Source of the DNA: a bacterium
GTDB taxonomy: Bacteria; UBA10199; 2-02-FULL-44-16; JAAZCA01
DNA: 64,000 bases
Direction: 5' to 3'
Assembly: GCA_963674695.2 (NCBI GenBank)
Contig: CAXXGI010000003.1
Location: 224,001-288,000 of the forward strand
Every line of letters starts with the position of its first letter. Position 1 is the first letter of the stretch. Of the stretch, positions 30,274 through 39,920 are shown piece by piece. The position numbers and the translations under genes are program-made. Below the pieces are notes generated by a model. That model ran no database searches and was not told the origin of the DNA. It worked only from the letters and a program-made list of their open reading frames with translations.

Positions 30274-32998
30274 AGCGGCAGATGTCCTTATAGTCGCAGT
30301 GTCGTGGGCAGCCCTTTGCGGGGGCGGCCGAAAAGGCCCCTCCGCGAATGCCCGCGGCATAGGTTCCGACAAAGGCGAGCGTTGCATGCATCATCTCGTC
30401 CCAGGTCTCGTCATCGACGGCTGATGCATATCTTCCGATCGCATAGTGGATATTGTTGAACGATTTTCGCACGAAGCCATGGACTTTCGTCGCTTCCATG
30501 ACGCCGATGAGCAGTCCGCCGAGCGGCAGCGCGCTGGGATAGAGAAACTGTCGAATCGCTTCGACATAGAGCGGCAGTTGAAGATGTCGCCCCTCGAGGA
30601 TGTCCTTCTTCTTCGAGGTGATCGAGGCGCCGGTCTTGTAGTCGACGACGAGAAAGGCGCTCGTGTTGGCGTCGATGTCGATGCGATCCACCTGCCCGCG
30701 CACGAGGGCGGGGGCGTCATTCTCGACGGGAACAGCCAATGCCGTCTCCGGTGTCTTTCCAAACGTCCATTCAAATGCGGCGGGCTCGAGCGGTTGCGAG
30801 ATTTCGCGCGCTTCGCCCAGTTCGGCTTGCACGACCTGCCAGGCCATGTTGAGGATCGCCTCGCGCGAGAAGGATTTCAGACCCGGCGCTTGGGCGTCGA
30901 CGAGCGCGGCATGTTCGACCTCGACCTCGATGAGGATGGCGTTGAGTTTTTCCTTGAGTCCCTCTTCTTGAGCGCGATCGATGCGCGCGCGCGCGATCGC
31001 TTCGGTGCATTCCTGATAGAACCGTTCGAGCAGGCGATGGACGATCGTGCCGCGATCCTTCGGCTGCAATTCCGGCAACTCCTCTTCGAGGGGTTTCAGC
31101 CCCAGCACTTTTTCGACGAAGAATTGAAAGGGGCATCCCGCATAGCGCTCGAGGCTCGTGGGGCTGAAGCGGCTCTCGGTGAAACGCTGTCGCAAGAGCG
31201 CTTTGGCTTCATTCTCCTCGATCATGCCGCGAAAGGAGCTGTGCGCATCGCTCGTGCCGGCGCGTGCGCGTTCGATCGCGATCCGCTGCGCCATGATCGC
31301 GCCCCAATCCGGAGCCAGCGATGCCGATGGCTGCGGCGCGATCGGAGGTTCCGGAATGCCCTCCGGCATGCGATCGAGAAAGGAGGAGGGCGCAGTCTCC
31401 GCGCCGTTTTCATTCACGACCGCAGAGGTCAGGACGAGGCGTTTTTTGCATTTGGCGCAGAAGGTGGCAAACGCATGTGCCTCCATCGCGAGGAGTTCCT
31501 CGGTGTTCGGCAGCAGCGCATCGATGATCGGATCCGGATCCGGCGAGAGGCGATCCGCATCGGAGAAGAAGAGGCGTTCGGTCTGCACGCGCGGGATCGT
31601 CCCCTCGACGAGGTTGGGGATCATGACGACATCGGTGTCGCCAGCGAGGCCGGCTTCAAAGGAAGCGAGTTCGAAGGGGAGGTGCCGGGTGAGCGTTGCG
31701 GGCGAGGCGTGGTCGTGGGTGAAGGCCTTGAGCAGCAGTCCCACGAAGCATTCGCGCGAGACCGCCGGAAGATCGATCAGACGCTCGGTGAGCGTGCATT
31801 CGGCCAGCGTCTGTTCGATCGTCGATGCGGCCGCCAGCGTTCGCGCGATCGCCCGGCGCTCGTCGGCGTGTGTTGCGAGCTCCGCGTTCGAGGCTTCGAG
31901 GACATTGCTGTCGCGAACGAATGCGGCGCAGAGCTGCGCATATTCGATGAGTCGCGCCTGCGCGGGCCATTTCTCCAGCGTCTCCTCGGACAGGAGCCGA
32001 TGCACGAGCGGGGACGCCAGCGCCGTGCTCCCGGTCGGCAGATCGGTGGCGAGGGAATGTTCATCGAGCTCGGGCAGCAGGAGCGATACGAATGGCGTGT
32101 CGCCTCGAACGGCCAGGACGATCGTCGACGCGGCGTCTTTGCATTCGCCTTCGAGCACATGGGCGATGAAGCGCGCCTCTTGGCGGGGCGAGCGGATGCT
32201 GTGCACCGAGATGTCGATCGCAGGCGCGGGTCGCGGCGGCAGCGACTCGCTCCGATCGGCGATCGGCTCGAGCGTCGCGCGGGTCTTTTCGTAGAGCTTT
32301 CCCTCGAGCGTCTTCTCCTCGGTGGACGTCGTGAGCGCGATGGCGATGTTCGCCTTCGGAACGGCTGTCTTGATCGCATCGATCAACTCGACGGCGCCCG
32401 GTTCAAAGCGGATGAACTCGTCGAAGAGGATCGTGTCGATCTGTTGGAGCAGCGATGCTTCCGCGCGTTGCACATGCTTCAGGGCGAGCGGCAACAGGCA
32501 TCCCTCATCCAGGAGATGGCTGTGCGTCAGCGCTTCAGCATAGCGCTCATAGACCGTGAGCAGGTCGTTTTCCTTGAGCGATCCGCGCGTCTCCAGCAGC
32601 GTGCGCAGGCGTGCGGGCGTGATGCCGTTGCGATGGAGCAGCGCGATCGTCGAGGCGAATTGCGAGGCGATGCCCATCGAGGGGCGATCGCGGCGAAAAT
32701 AGCGCAGCGGGTGGTCGCCGAGGATCGGAAAGAGGAAGAGCGCCTGTTGCAGGGGGGTGAGCAGGTAGTCCTGCGCATCCGCGAGCAGCTGCACGAATCG
32801 CCCCCAACCGATGATGCGATGCCCGAGCAGTGCCGATTCTCCACCCGAGATCGCCCAGCGCTGCCGCAGCGCCGCAGCCGCAGCCTCCGTGGGCGCGATG
32901 AGGAGCCCCGCATCGCGCGCCTGGGCCTCGGAAAACCGCGCCATGAGGGCCGAAGTCTTTCCGGATCCGATCGGTCCGGTGATGAGCGTGACAGGCAT
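30251..32998 (-). CDS. addB: AddB-like helicase-fold/PD-(D/E)XK nuclease
   Basis: GPIGSGKT, SPTSLERYAGCPFQFF, GQVDRID, VDYKTG, LQLPLY, C-terminal CxxxC..C. Confidence 0.85.
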   Translation of the reverse strand: MPVTLITGPIGSGKTSALMARFSEAQARDAGLLIAPTEAAAAALRQRWAISGGESALLGHRIIGWGRFVQLLADAQDYLLTPLQQALFLFPILGDHPLRYFRRDRPSMGIASQFASTIALLHRNGITPARLRTLLETRGSLKENDLLTVYERYAEALTHSHLLDEGCLLPLALKHVQRAEASLLQQIDTILFDEFIRFEPGAVELIDAIKTAVPKANIAIALTTSTEEKTLEGKLYEKTRATLEPIADRSESLPPRPAPAIDISVHSIRSPRQEARFIAHVLEGECKDAASTIVLAVRGDTPFVSLLLPELDEHSLATDLPTGSTALASPLVHRLLSEETLEKWPAQARLIEYAQLCAAFVRDSNVLEASNAELATHADERRAIARTLAAASTIEQTLAECTLTERLIDLPAVSRECFVGLLLKAFTHDHASPATLTRHLPFELASFEAGLAGDTDVVMIPNLVEGTIPRVQTERLFFSDADRLSPDPDPIIDALLPNTEELLAMEAHAFATFCAKCKKRLVLTSAVVNENGAETAPSSFLDRMPEGIPEPPIAPQPSASLAPDWGAIMAQRIAIERARAGTSDAHSSFRGMIEENEAKALLRQRFTESRFSPTSLERYAGCPFQFFVEKVLGLKPLEEELPELQPKDRGTIVHRLLERFYQECTEAIARARIDRAQEEGLKEKLNAILIEVEVEHAALVDAQAPGLKSFSREAILNMAWQVVQAELGEAREISQPLEPAAFEWTFGKTPETALAVPVENDAPALVRGQVDRIDIDANTSAFLVVDYKTGASITSKKKDILEGRHLQLPLYVEAIRQFLYPSALPLGGLLIGVMEATKVHGFVRKSFNNIHYAIGRYASAVDDETWDEMMHATLAFVGTYAAGIRGGAFSAAPAKGCPRHCDYKDICRYAGHVVH

Positions 32999-33570
32999 GC
33001 GGCATACATGACAGGCACGGGGAAGGGGGTCAAGACTTCACTCTGTGAGGGGGAGGTATCATTTTTTGTCAGAAGAAATCCAATTTTTGGTGGTTTTTCC
33101 TTCGGTGTGATGAGTTGTCGTATCGCATCGAAGACCATTTTAAACTTCGCGTCATATCGCTGTTCAACCTGATCGATGCGGAGGGTCAGCTCCTTATGGG
33201 AGAGGATCATCTCTCGCAGATGAATGAAGGCACGAACGATCTGGATGCTCGCTTCGACCGCTGTGGGGCTTCTCAAAATGTTGGCCAGCATGATGGTGCC
33301 GTGTTCGGTGAAGGCGTAGGGGGCATACTTTCGGTGGGCTCCGCGACCGCTCTTTATGGTCGCAAAATGCGACCTTAAAGAGCTAACCTCTTGAATAGTA
33401 AGTTGAAATGCAAAATCCACCGGGAACCGATTCGCGTTTCGACGAACCTGTTCATTCAATCTTTTCGTCGTTACGCCATACAGGGTCGCCAGATCCTCAT
33501 CGAGCATGACGCGGTGGCCACGGATCGTGTGAATACAGCTTTCAATTGCAGTGACGTTGATAGGCTTCAT
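32527..33570 (-). CDS. ORF6N-domain DNA-binding protein (conserved part ends near 33070; frame stays open into addB)
   Basis: IRGHRVMLDEDLATLYGV..KRLNEQVRRN..RFP.DF.FQL, PYAFTEHG, C-terminal KIGF. Confidence 0.8.
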   Translation of the reverse strand: MKPINVTAIESCIHTIRGHRVMLDEDLATLYGVTTKRLNEQVRRNANRFPVDFAFQLTIQEVSSLRSHFATIKSGRGAHRKYAPYAFTEHGTIMLANILRSPTAVEASIQIVRAFIHLREMILSHKELTLRIDQVEQRYDAKFKMVFDAIRQLITPKEKPPKIGFLLTKNDTSPSQSEVLTPFPVPVMYAACLSRSSPDRSDPERLRPSWRGFPRPRRAMRGSSSRPRRLRLRRCGSAGRSRVENRHCSGIASSVGGDSCSCSRMRRTTCSPPCNRRSSSFRSSATTRCAIFAAIAPRWASPRNSPRRSRCSIATASRPHACARCWRRADRSRKTTCSRSMSAMLKR

Positions 33571-33591
33571 CGGTGTCTTCCCCTTCATGGA

Positions 33592-35112
33592 TCAAAGCGC
33601 ATCGATCGTCGGCCGAAATTGAAGGGCTTCAGCCAGATGTTCGACGGCGATCTCGTCGGCTTGGGCCAGATCCGCGATCGTGCGCGCGACCTTGAGCACG
33701 CGGTGGAGGGCACGCCCGGAGAGGACATGCGCCTCGGCGGCCTTTCGCAAAAAACGATGTTCCTCCGTTCCGAGGCGGCAGTGGTGGCGCACGTTGCGTC
33801 CGGTGAGTCCGGCGTTGGTCGCTCCCTCCTGACGGTAGCGCTGCGCCTGGCGATCGCGCGCCATGAGCACGCGTTCGCGGACATCGCGCGAGCGCTCTTC
33901 GGTGCCGGTATCGAGCAACGCTTCATGCGGCGGAGGGCCGACCTCGATGTGCAGGTCGATGCGGTCCATGAGGGGTCCCGAGAGCTTGGTCTGATAGCGA
34001 CGGATCTGCGGGACGGTGCAGCTGCACGCCCGTGCCGGATGCGTGAGAAACCCACAGGGGCAGTTGTTCCACGCTGCGGCCAGGAGAAACCGTGCGGGAT
34101 AGTGGATCGAGACGCCCGCGCGCACGATGTGCACGCGACCCGATTCCATCGGCTGGCGCAGGACTTCGAGCACGTCCTTGCGGAACTCGGCCATCTCGTC
34201 GAGGAAGAGGACGCCTCGGTGCGCGAGCGAGATCTCTCCCAGACGCGCCGCGCCTCCCACGCCACCGCCGACCAGCCCCGCATAGGAGGCCGAATGATGT
34301 GGCGCCCGAAAGGGGCGGTGATGCGGCAGTTCCTGTCCGCGCAGCAGTCCGTGCCAGCTCTGGATCATGGCGACCTCGATCGCCTCGGCTTCCGTCAGTG
34401 GCGGCAGGATCGTCGAGAGTCGTTCGGCGAGCATCGTCTTCCCCGTCCCCGGCGGTCCGCGGAAGGCGACGTTGTGACCACCGGCCGCGGCGATGGTAAG
34501 CCCGCGTTTCGCAAACGGTTGCCCGCGCACATCGGCGAGATCGCCGACATCTCTCTGTGCATCGAGCGGCGGCGGCACGGGCGGCATCGGCGGGACGATG
34601 TCGTCGGCCAGAAACTGCACCGCGTCGGCAAGCGTGCGCACGGGCACGACCTGAATGTCGCCGGCCAGCTGCGCCTCCCAGGCGTTTTCCGCCGGGACGA
34701 TGACGCCGGAGAGATTGCGATCGAGGGCCGACTTGGCCAGCATCAGCACGCCGCTCACCGGAAGCACGTCGCCGGTGAGCGAGAGCTCCCCGGCGATGAG
34801 GTGACATCGGCTGCGCGATGGTTTGCACGCGCCGACGGCCGTGAGCAGCGCCACCGCGATGGGGAGATCGTAGTGCGCGCCCGCCTTTTTCAGATCCGCC
34901 GGCGAGAGGTTGATGAGCGTCTTGCGGTTGGGCAGCCCGAAACCGGCGTTGCGGATGGCGCTCTCCACGCGTTCACGCGCCTCCTTCACGGCAGTCTCCA
35001 GAAGCCCCACCATGTTCCAGCCGGGCAGCCCCTGCATCTGGACGTCGACCTCGACGGTGACGGGGAGGGCCTCTATGCCAGCCAGCGCAGCTGCATGAAC
35101 GTATGCGTGCAT
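33592..35112 (-). CDS. comM: ComM/YifB Mg-chelatase-like AAA+ ATPase
   Basis: NLSPADLKK.G..YDLPIA, GPPGTGKTM, PFRAPHHS, GEISLAHRGVLFLDE, SGPLMDRID. Confidence 0.93.
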   Translation of the reverse strand: MHAYVHAAALAGIEALPVTVEVDVQMQGLPGWNMVGLLETAVKEARERVESAIRNAGFGLPNRKTLINLSPADLKKAGAHYDLPIAVALLTAVGACKPSRSRCHLIAGELSLTGDVLPVSGVLMLAKSALDRNLSGVIVPAENAWEAQLAGDIQVVPVRTLADAVQFLADDIVPPMPPVPPPLDAQRDVGDLADVRGQPFAKRGLTIAAAGGHNVAFRGPPGTGKTMLAERLSTILPPLTEAEAIEVAMIQSWHGLLRGQELPHHRPFRAPHHSASYAGLVGGGVGGAARLGEISLAHRGVLFLDEMAEFRKDVLEVLRQPMESGRVHIVRAGVSIHYPARFLLAAAWNNCPCGFLTHPARACSCTVPQIRRYQTKLSGPLMDRIDLHIEVGPPPHEALLDTGTEERSRDVRERVLMARDRQAQRYRQEGATNAGLTGRNVRHHCRLGTEEHRFLRKAAEAHVLSGRALHRVLKVARTIADLAQADEIAVEHLAEALQFRPTIDAL

Positions 35113-35124
35113 GCCGTCCCTCAT

Positions 35125-35140
35125 TGCACCGGTTGTGCCA
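35125..35140 (-). promoter_or_regulatory. sigma54 promoter of comM
   Basis: TGGCAC-AACCG-GTGCA on the minus strand, 13 nt from the -12 GC to the ATG. Confidence 0.7.
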
Positions 35141-35182
35141 ATGACGAGGGTCGATGATTCAAGGGGTTAGATGAAATCCACT

Positions 35183-35216
35183 GCCGCCATTTGCAGCAGC
35201 TGCATCAAATGGCGGC
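35183..35216. promoter_or_regulatory. 34-bp palindrome, copy 1 (putative activator site)
   Basis: GCCGCCATTTGCAGCAGCTGCATCAAATGGCGGC; recurs at 56093 and 58410. Confidence 0.75.
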
Positions 35217-35301
35217 ACCTGAACGGGCTCGGCGCCCATCCTTGACCTTTTGCGGGGAATCGGCCAAGTTGCCCGGACTCATTCTGTTTTTTGGAGGGGG
35301 C

Positions 35302-36243
35302 ATGGCACATGATATCGTCATCATTGGGACGGGCGCGGCGGGACTCACGGCCGCCATCTATGCGGCGCGGGCCAACATGGAACCCCTGCTCATCGAGGGG
35401 ATGCAGCCGGGCGGGCAGCTCACGATCACGACCGACATCGAGAACTTTCCCGGCTTTGCCGACCCGATCGGCGGACCGGATCTGATGCTGGCCATGCGTG
35501 CGCAGGCCGAGCGTGTCGGCGCGAAGGTGAAGAGCGGCGCGGTCACCAGTGTGGATCTCTCAAAACGGCCGTTCGTCATCGAGGTCGGAGATGAGAAAAT
35601 AGAAGCGCGCGCGCTCATCGTTGCCACCGGTGCCGAGGCACGCTGGCTTGGAATCGAGTCGGAGCACACGCTCATGGGCAAGGGCGTTTCGGCCTGTGCG
35701 ACCTGCGATGGGTTCTTCTTCCGCGGCAAAGAGATCGTCGTCGTCGGCGGGGGCGATACGGCGCTCGAAGAGGCGACCTACCTCACGCATTTTGCGACGA
35801 AGGTGACGATCATCCATCGGCGCGATGAACTGCGCGGATCGAAGGCGATGCAGGAGCGTGCCTTCAAAAACGACAAGATTGCATTCGCCTGGTCGAGCGT
35901 CATCGACGAGATCCTGGATGTGGAAAAGGGGGAGGTGACCGGCGTGCGCCTCAAGGACACCAAGACCGGCGCGCTTCGCGAGCTTCCCTGCCAGGGAGTC
36001 TTCATCGCCATCGGGCACAAGCCGAACACGGACGTCTTCAAAGGGCAGCTCGAGATGAACGCCGAGGGCTATATCGTCACGCCAAAGACGAGCATGCGCA
36101 CCTCGGTCGAAGGCGTCTATGCCGCCGGCGATTGCCAGGACCACGTCTATCGGCAGGCGATCACCGCCGCCGGCACTGGCTGCATGGCGGCCATCGATGC
36201 CGAGCGGTGGTTGCAAGAGCAGACCATAGACCAGAGACCATAG
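35302..36243 (+). CDS. trxB: thioredoxin reductase
   Basis: GGQLTITTDIENFPG, CATCDG, GGGDTA, YRQAITAAG. Confidence 0.96.
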   Translation: MAHDIVIIGTGAAGLTAAIYAARANMEPLLIEGMQPGGQLTITTDIENFPGFADPIGGPDLMLAMRAQAERVGAKVKSGAVTSVDLSKRPFVIEVGDEKIEARALIVATGAEARWLGIESEHTLMGKGVSACATCDGFFFRGKEIVVVGGGDTALEEATYLTHFATKVTIIHRRDELRGSKAMQERAFKNDKIAFAWSSVIDEILDVEKGEVTGVRLKDTKTGALRELPCQGVFIAIGHKPNTDVFKGQLEMNAEGYIVTPKTSMRTSVEGVYAAGDCQDHVYRQAITAAGTGCMAAIDAERWLQEQTIDQRP

Positions 36244-36259
36244 ACCATGGACCAGAGGG

Positions 36260-36354
36260 TGTCATTCCCGCGCAGGCGGGAATCTCGACTTTCACGATTC
36301 ATCGAGATCCCCGCTGGAGTTTATCCTGAGCGGAGTCGAAGGGCGGGGATGACA
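36260..36354. repeat. REP-like doublet
   Basis: TGTCATTCCCGCGCAGGCGGGAATCTC ... GAGATCCCCG ... GCGGGGATGACA. Confidence 0.75.
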
Positions 36355-36400
36355 AACTCAATCAGATTCGGGCATGACAGAGTATAAGACAGTTTTCTAG

Positions 36401-37489
36401 ATGCGCCACATTGTTGAAAGGCTCTTCTTGAAAAGACTCCTCACGATCATCGTCATCTTCAGCACCTTCGCATCCGGTACGGTGTTCGCACGCGAGTATG
36501 ATGCGTTTGGTCCCATCTCATTGCGGACACAGAATCCCGTCTACCTGCAGTCGTTGGGGCTCACCCCTACGCGCGCCGAGGTCGTTCCCGAGGGGACCTT
36601 TGAGCTGCGCCTCGATTCGGCCTATTCCAATATCTTCGAGCGGGAGCGGAACGCGAATGCCTTTCTCGACCTGGATATGGAACTGTTGCGCATGTCGCTG
36701 CACACCATGTATGGCCTGACCGATGATTTCGAGATCGGCATCGAGATTCCCTTGATGCATTTCAACGGTGGGTTTCTCGACAGCTTCATTCAATCCTATC
36801 ACAAGTTTTTCGGGTTTCCCAACGGCGGGCGCGATCAGGTTCCCAACAATCAATTCGATTATTTTCTGAACCAGGGCGGCCGTCAGCGTTTTCGGTATCC
36901 GTCCGCGGATTTGGGGTTGGGCGATATCGTCTTGCATGTGAAACATCAGCTCACCGGGCAGGATAGCGATTGGCCCGCGCTCTCCATCTTTGCCGAGTTC
37001 AAATTTCCGACCGGGCGGCGTTGTCGGGGTTTTGGCAGCGGCGCGTTCGACTTTGGCTTCGGCACGGCGTTGGAGGCGAGCTACAAGCGCATTCACGGCC
37101 ACTTCAACGCAGCCTATTATGTGTTGGGGGGGAACGCCTACTACGAAGACCTGATGCGCAGCGAGATGTTCTCCTACATGATCGCCGGCGAGGTGTCGCT
37201 TTTGCCCAACTGGTCGGTCATCGTTCAGCTCAACGGCTCGACGCCGCTCCTGCAGGGGACGGGACTCGATCAATGGGACGGCGTGCCGCTCGACCTCGTC
37301 ATCGGCTTTCGCGGTGAAGAGCGCAATCTCATCAACAATACGGATCTCATCTGGCAGTTCGGCTTCTCCGAGGACGTGACCAGCCGCGGACCATCCGTGG
37401 ACTTCACCGTCTTCTTCTCCATCGGCCTGCGCTTCGACGCCTTCGGCCGCACCCGCCCCGTCGGCGATTGGCTGGCCTTAAAACCGTGA
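36401..37489 (+). CDS. outer-membrane beta-barrel protein (DUF3187-like)
   Basis: Signal peptide; GGFLD.FI..YH..FGFPNG.R, GLGDI, KFPTG; amphipathic strands. Confidence 0.7.
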   Translation: MRHIVERLFLKRLLTIIVIFSTFASGTVFAREYDAFGPISLRTQNPVYLQSLGLTPTRAEVVPEGTFELRLDSAYSNIFERERNANAFLDLDMELLRMSLHTMYGLTDDFEIGIEIPLMHFNGGFLDSFIQSYHKFFGFPNGGRDQVPNNQFDYFLNQGGRQRFRYPSADLGLGDIVLHVKHQLTGQDSDWPALSIFAEFKFPTGRRCRGFGSGAFDFGFGTALEASYKRIHGHFNAAYYVLGGNAYYEDLMRSEMFSYMIAGEVSLLPNWSVIVQLNGSTPLLQGTGLDQWDGVPLDLVIGFRGEERNLINNTDLIWQFGFSEDVTSRGPSVDFTVFFSIGLRFDAFGRTRPVGDWLALKP

Positions 37490-37600
37490 ACGGTGAACGG
37501 TGAACGGTGAACGGTGAACGGTGAACGGTGAACGAAAAAACCCCCAAGTATATCACCTTGGGGGTTTTCTGTTCACCGTTTACGGTTCACCGTTCACGGA
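37485..37600. repeat. inverted (GTGAACG)n heptamer arms around a bidirectional terminator
   Basis: About 7 tandem GTGAACG, then AAAAACCCCCAAG-N7-CTTGGGGGTTTT, then GTTCACC/GTTTACG copies. Confidence 0.85.
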
Positions 37601-37602
37601 TT

Positions 37603-38040
37603 TTAGAAGGGTACATCGTCCGGGCCGGTGTCGCCGAAGTCCGGCGTGGTGTTGCTCGCTGGGGTCGGGGCGTTTGTGCCATAGCTTTCACCCGTGCTCT
37701 TGGCGCCGGTGGGGGAACCCAAAAATTGCACGCGCTGGGCGACGACTTCTGTCGTGTAGCGTTTGTTGCCGTCCTTATCGTCCCATTGCCGCGTCTGCAG
37801 GCGACCCTCGACATAGACCGGGCGACCCTTCGAGAGGTACTGCGCACAGCTCTCCGCTTGAGCGCCCCAGACGACGACGCGATGCCACTCCGTGCGTTCC
37901 TGCGGTTCGTTGGCACTGTTGCGCCAGCGCTCGCTCGTAGCGATGTTGAAGTTGGTGACCGTCTGTCCCGTTCCGGTGACACGCTTTTCCGGATCTTTGC
38001 CGAGGTTGCCGATGAGGATGACCTTGTTGACGCTTGCCAT
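37603..38040 (-). CDS. ssb: single-stranded DNA-binding protein
   Basis: [33 protein letters not shown]-terminal DDVPF. Confidence 0.97.
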   Translation of the reverse strand: MASVNKVILIGNLGKDPEKRVTGTGQTVTNFNIATSERWRNSANEPQERTEWHRVVVWGAQAESCAQYLSKGRPVYVEGRLQTRQWDDKDGNKRYTTEVVAQRVQFLGSPTGAKSTGESYGTNAPTPASNTTPDFGDTGPDDVPF

Positions 38041-38085
38041 ATATGCTCCTTTTCCGATGGGTGACGGGATCAATGCAGCCGACGT

Positions 38086-38790
38086 TTAGCGCATGGCCTT
38101 TGCCAGCTTCTTTTCCAACTTCGTGGTCTGTATCTTCCACTCGGGATAGGCGCTGTCGCTGCGCCAGTGCGATGAGAGCTCCTTGGCATCGGCCAGGTGC
38201 TCGATGGCCTGGGAGAACTTGCCCTCGGCGAAGAGCGTCTCTGCGAGCGCGAGCTGGTTTTCCGGGTAGTCGGGCGCGATGGTCACGGCCTTGTGCAGAT
38301 AGGACTCCGCGAGCCCCAGATCGCGCGTGATGCTGTCGACATGCGAACCGGTCTGTGGGAGCTGCGTATAGATTTGGCCGAGGAGTCTGTAGGCGCCGCC
38401 ATATTCATAGCTCGGATCGATGGCGATCACGCGCTTACAGTCGGCGATCATCTGTTTGACGCCGCGCTGATAGCCGATGATGCGGATGCGGTAGTAGAGT
38501 CCCGTGTTGGCGGCGCGCCAGAAATAGCAGCCGGCCGATTCCGGTTCGAGTTCCAGGCACTGCTCCGCAAATGCCACTCCCTTGAGCGCCATATCCTTGG
38601 CCTCGCCCCGGTTGGCCTCCTGGGCGGCAGTTGCGGCGGCATCGCGCGAGGCCTGGAGGAGCTCGTCGGCGTTCCAGCTTGAGCTGTCGCTGGTGAGCGA
38701 CGTTCGTTTAGGAGCTTTGGCACAGCCGAGCGGGGCGACGCTCAGGGCAAGGATGATCAGGGACAATGCAAGGGCGTTTGGTATGCGCAT
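38086..38790 (-). CDS. TPR-containing lipoprotein
   Basis: Lipobox PLGC; TPR-like helices (GGAYRLLGQIY, AESYLHKAVTIAPD). Confidence 0.75.
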   Translation of the reverse strand: MRIPNALALSLIILALSVAPLGCAKAPKRTSLTSDSSSWNADELLQASRDAAATAAQEANRGEAKDMALKGVAFAEQCLELEPESAGCYFWRAANTGLYYRIRIIGYQRGVKQMIADCKRVIAIDPSYEYGGAYRLLGQIYTQLPQTGSHVDSITRDLGLAESYLHKAVTIAPDYPENQLALAETLFAEGKFSQAIEHLADAKELSSHWRSDSAYPEWKIQTTKLEKKLAKAMR

Positions 38791-38885
38791 AGCGAGCGCT
38801 CCTACCACGGGGGGTGGCTGCCTTCAAGGTTTTTTGCAGGATTCTTGACGCCTGAAACACCCTGTGCTAGCAGACGCGAACCCTT

Positions 38886-38958
38886 GGCGGCGTACCCAAA
38901 TGGTTAAGGGGGCGGTTTGCAAAACCGTTATTTACCGGTTCGATTCCGGTCGCCGCCT
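38886..38958 (+). tRNA. tRNA-Cys(GCA)
   Basis: GGCGGCG/CGCCGCC acceptor stem, anticodon loop TTGCAAA, GGTTCGATTCC T-arm; CCA not encoded. Confidence 0.93.
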
Positions 38959-39067
38959 CATCCCCGAAACTCCTGTTTGAAGCGGAGTTTCGGGTTCTTT
39001 TTTGTGCTGATGCCGCCGAAATCATTGCCAAAAATTCTGTGCTGTGTTCATTTCGGGACGCACGATT

Positions 39068-39156
39068 GCCCGGGTGGAGGAATTGGCAGACTCCAGGGAC
39101 TTAAAATCCCTTGGGGAGGAATCCCCGTACCGGTTCGAATCCGGTCCCGGGCACCA
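39068..39156 (+). tRNA. tRNA-Leu(TAA)
   Basis: GCCCGGG/CCCGGGC stem, CTTAAAA anticodon loop, long variable arm, GGTTCGAATCC, CCA. Confidence 0.95.
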
Positions 39157-39218
39157 AAGAACAGTTAAAAGTTCAAAGTTGAAGAGTGAAAGTTGAAGGG
39201 TGAAGGGCGAGGGGAGAT

Positions 39219-39905
39219 ATGGCATTTGATTCCAAGGCATTCGTGCAGTTTCTCATCGACAACGGGGTGGTCGGGTTCTTCGAAAAGCCCGTGACGCTCA
39301 AGTCGGGGCGGCAATCGCACTTCTATTGTAACTGGCGCAACGTTGCGGCCGATACCTTTCTCATCGACCGGTTGGCCGATTTTCTCATCGCCTTCGCGCA
39401 GGATGAGGGTTTTTCATTCGATGCCTTCTACGGCGTCCCCGAAGGGGCGACCAAGCTCGGTGTCATCGCCACCTACAAGTGGGCCCGGCAGCAGCCCGGG
39501 TTTGCGCCCGGCAGCCATCCGCTGCCGATGGGGCGGGCTTGCCCAAAGCAGCACGGTGCGCCGCAGGATCGCTTCTTCGTCGGCGCGCCGCGGGGGCGCA
39601 TCCTCGTCGTGGAAGATGTCACCACGACCGGTGGGTCGCTTTTGAATGCGCTCGACGGGCTCGCCCAACTCGACGATGTTCAGATCGTCGCGGCGGTGGG
39701 GCTCACCAACCGGATGGAAAAGCGCGATGACGGACGCTCCGTTGCTGAAGCCATCGAGGCCAAGGGTGTTGCCTATGTCAGCTTGAGCGATGCGACCCAG
39801 TTTCTGCCGCAGGTCTTTGCGGCGCTCAAACCCGGCGAGGAGATCGCCCGTGCGATCGAGGCCGAATTTTCCGAATATGGCGTCAAACCATTGAAACTTC
39901 TTTAG
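39219..39905 (+). CDS. pyrE: orotate phosphoribosyltransferase
   Basis: TLKSGRQS.FY, K.HG, VVEDVTTTGGS PRPP loop; adjacent to pyrF. Confidence 0.85.
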   Translation: MAFDSKAFVQFLIDNGVVGFFEKPVTLKSGRQSHFYCNWRNVAADTFLIDRLADFLIAFAQDEGFSFDAFYGVPEGATKLGVIATYKWARQQPGFAPGSHPLPMGRACPKQHGAPQDRFFVGAPRGRILVVEDVTTTGGSLLNALDGLAQLDDVQIVAAVGLTNRMEKRDDGRSVAEAIEAKGVAYVSLSDATQFLPQVFAALKPGEEIARAIEAEFSEYGVKPLKLL

Positions 39906-39920
39906 AGACGAGGAGATATT

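Noticed and set aside
30446-35157. Long plus-strand ORFs (908 aa and 588 aa)
   Set aside because: Antisense shadows of addB and comM, expected in high-GC DNA; no motifs.
35183-35216. 34-bp palindrome as a transcription terminator
   Set aside because: All three copies lie between divergent gene starts and lack U-tracts.
38886-39220. tRNA-anchored genomic island
   Set aside because: No integrase and no duplicated tRNA 3' end seen in the window.
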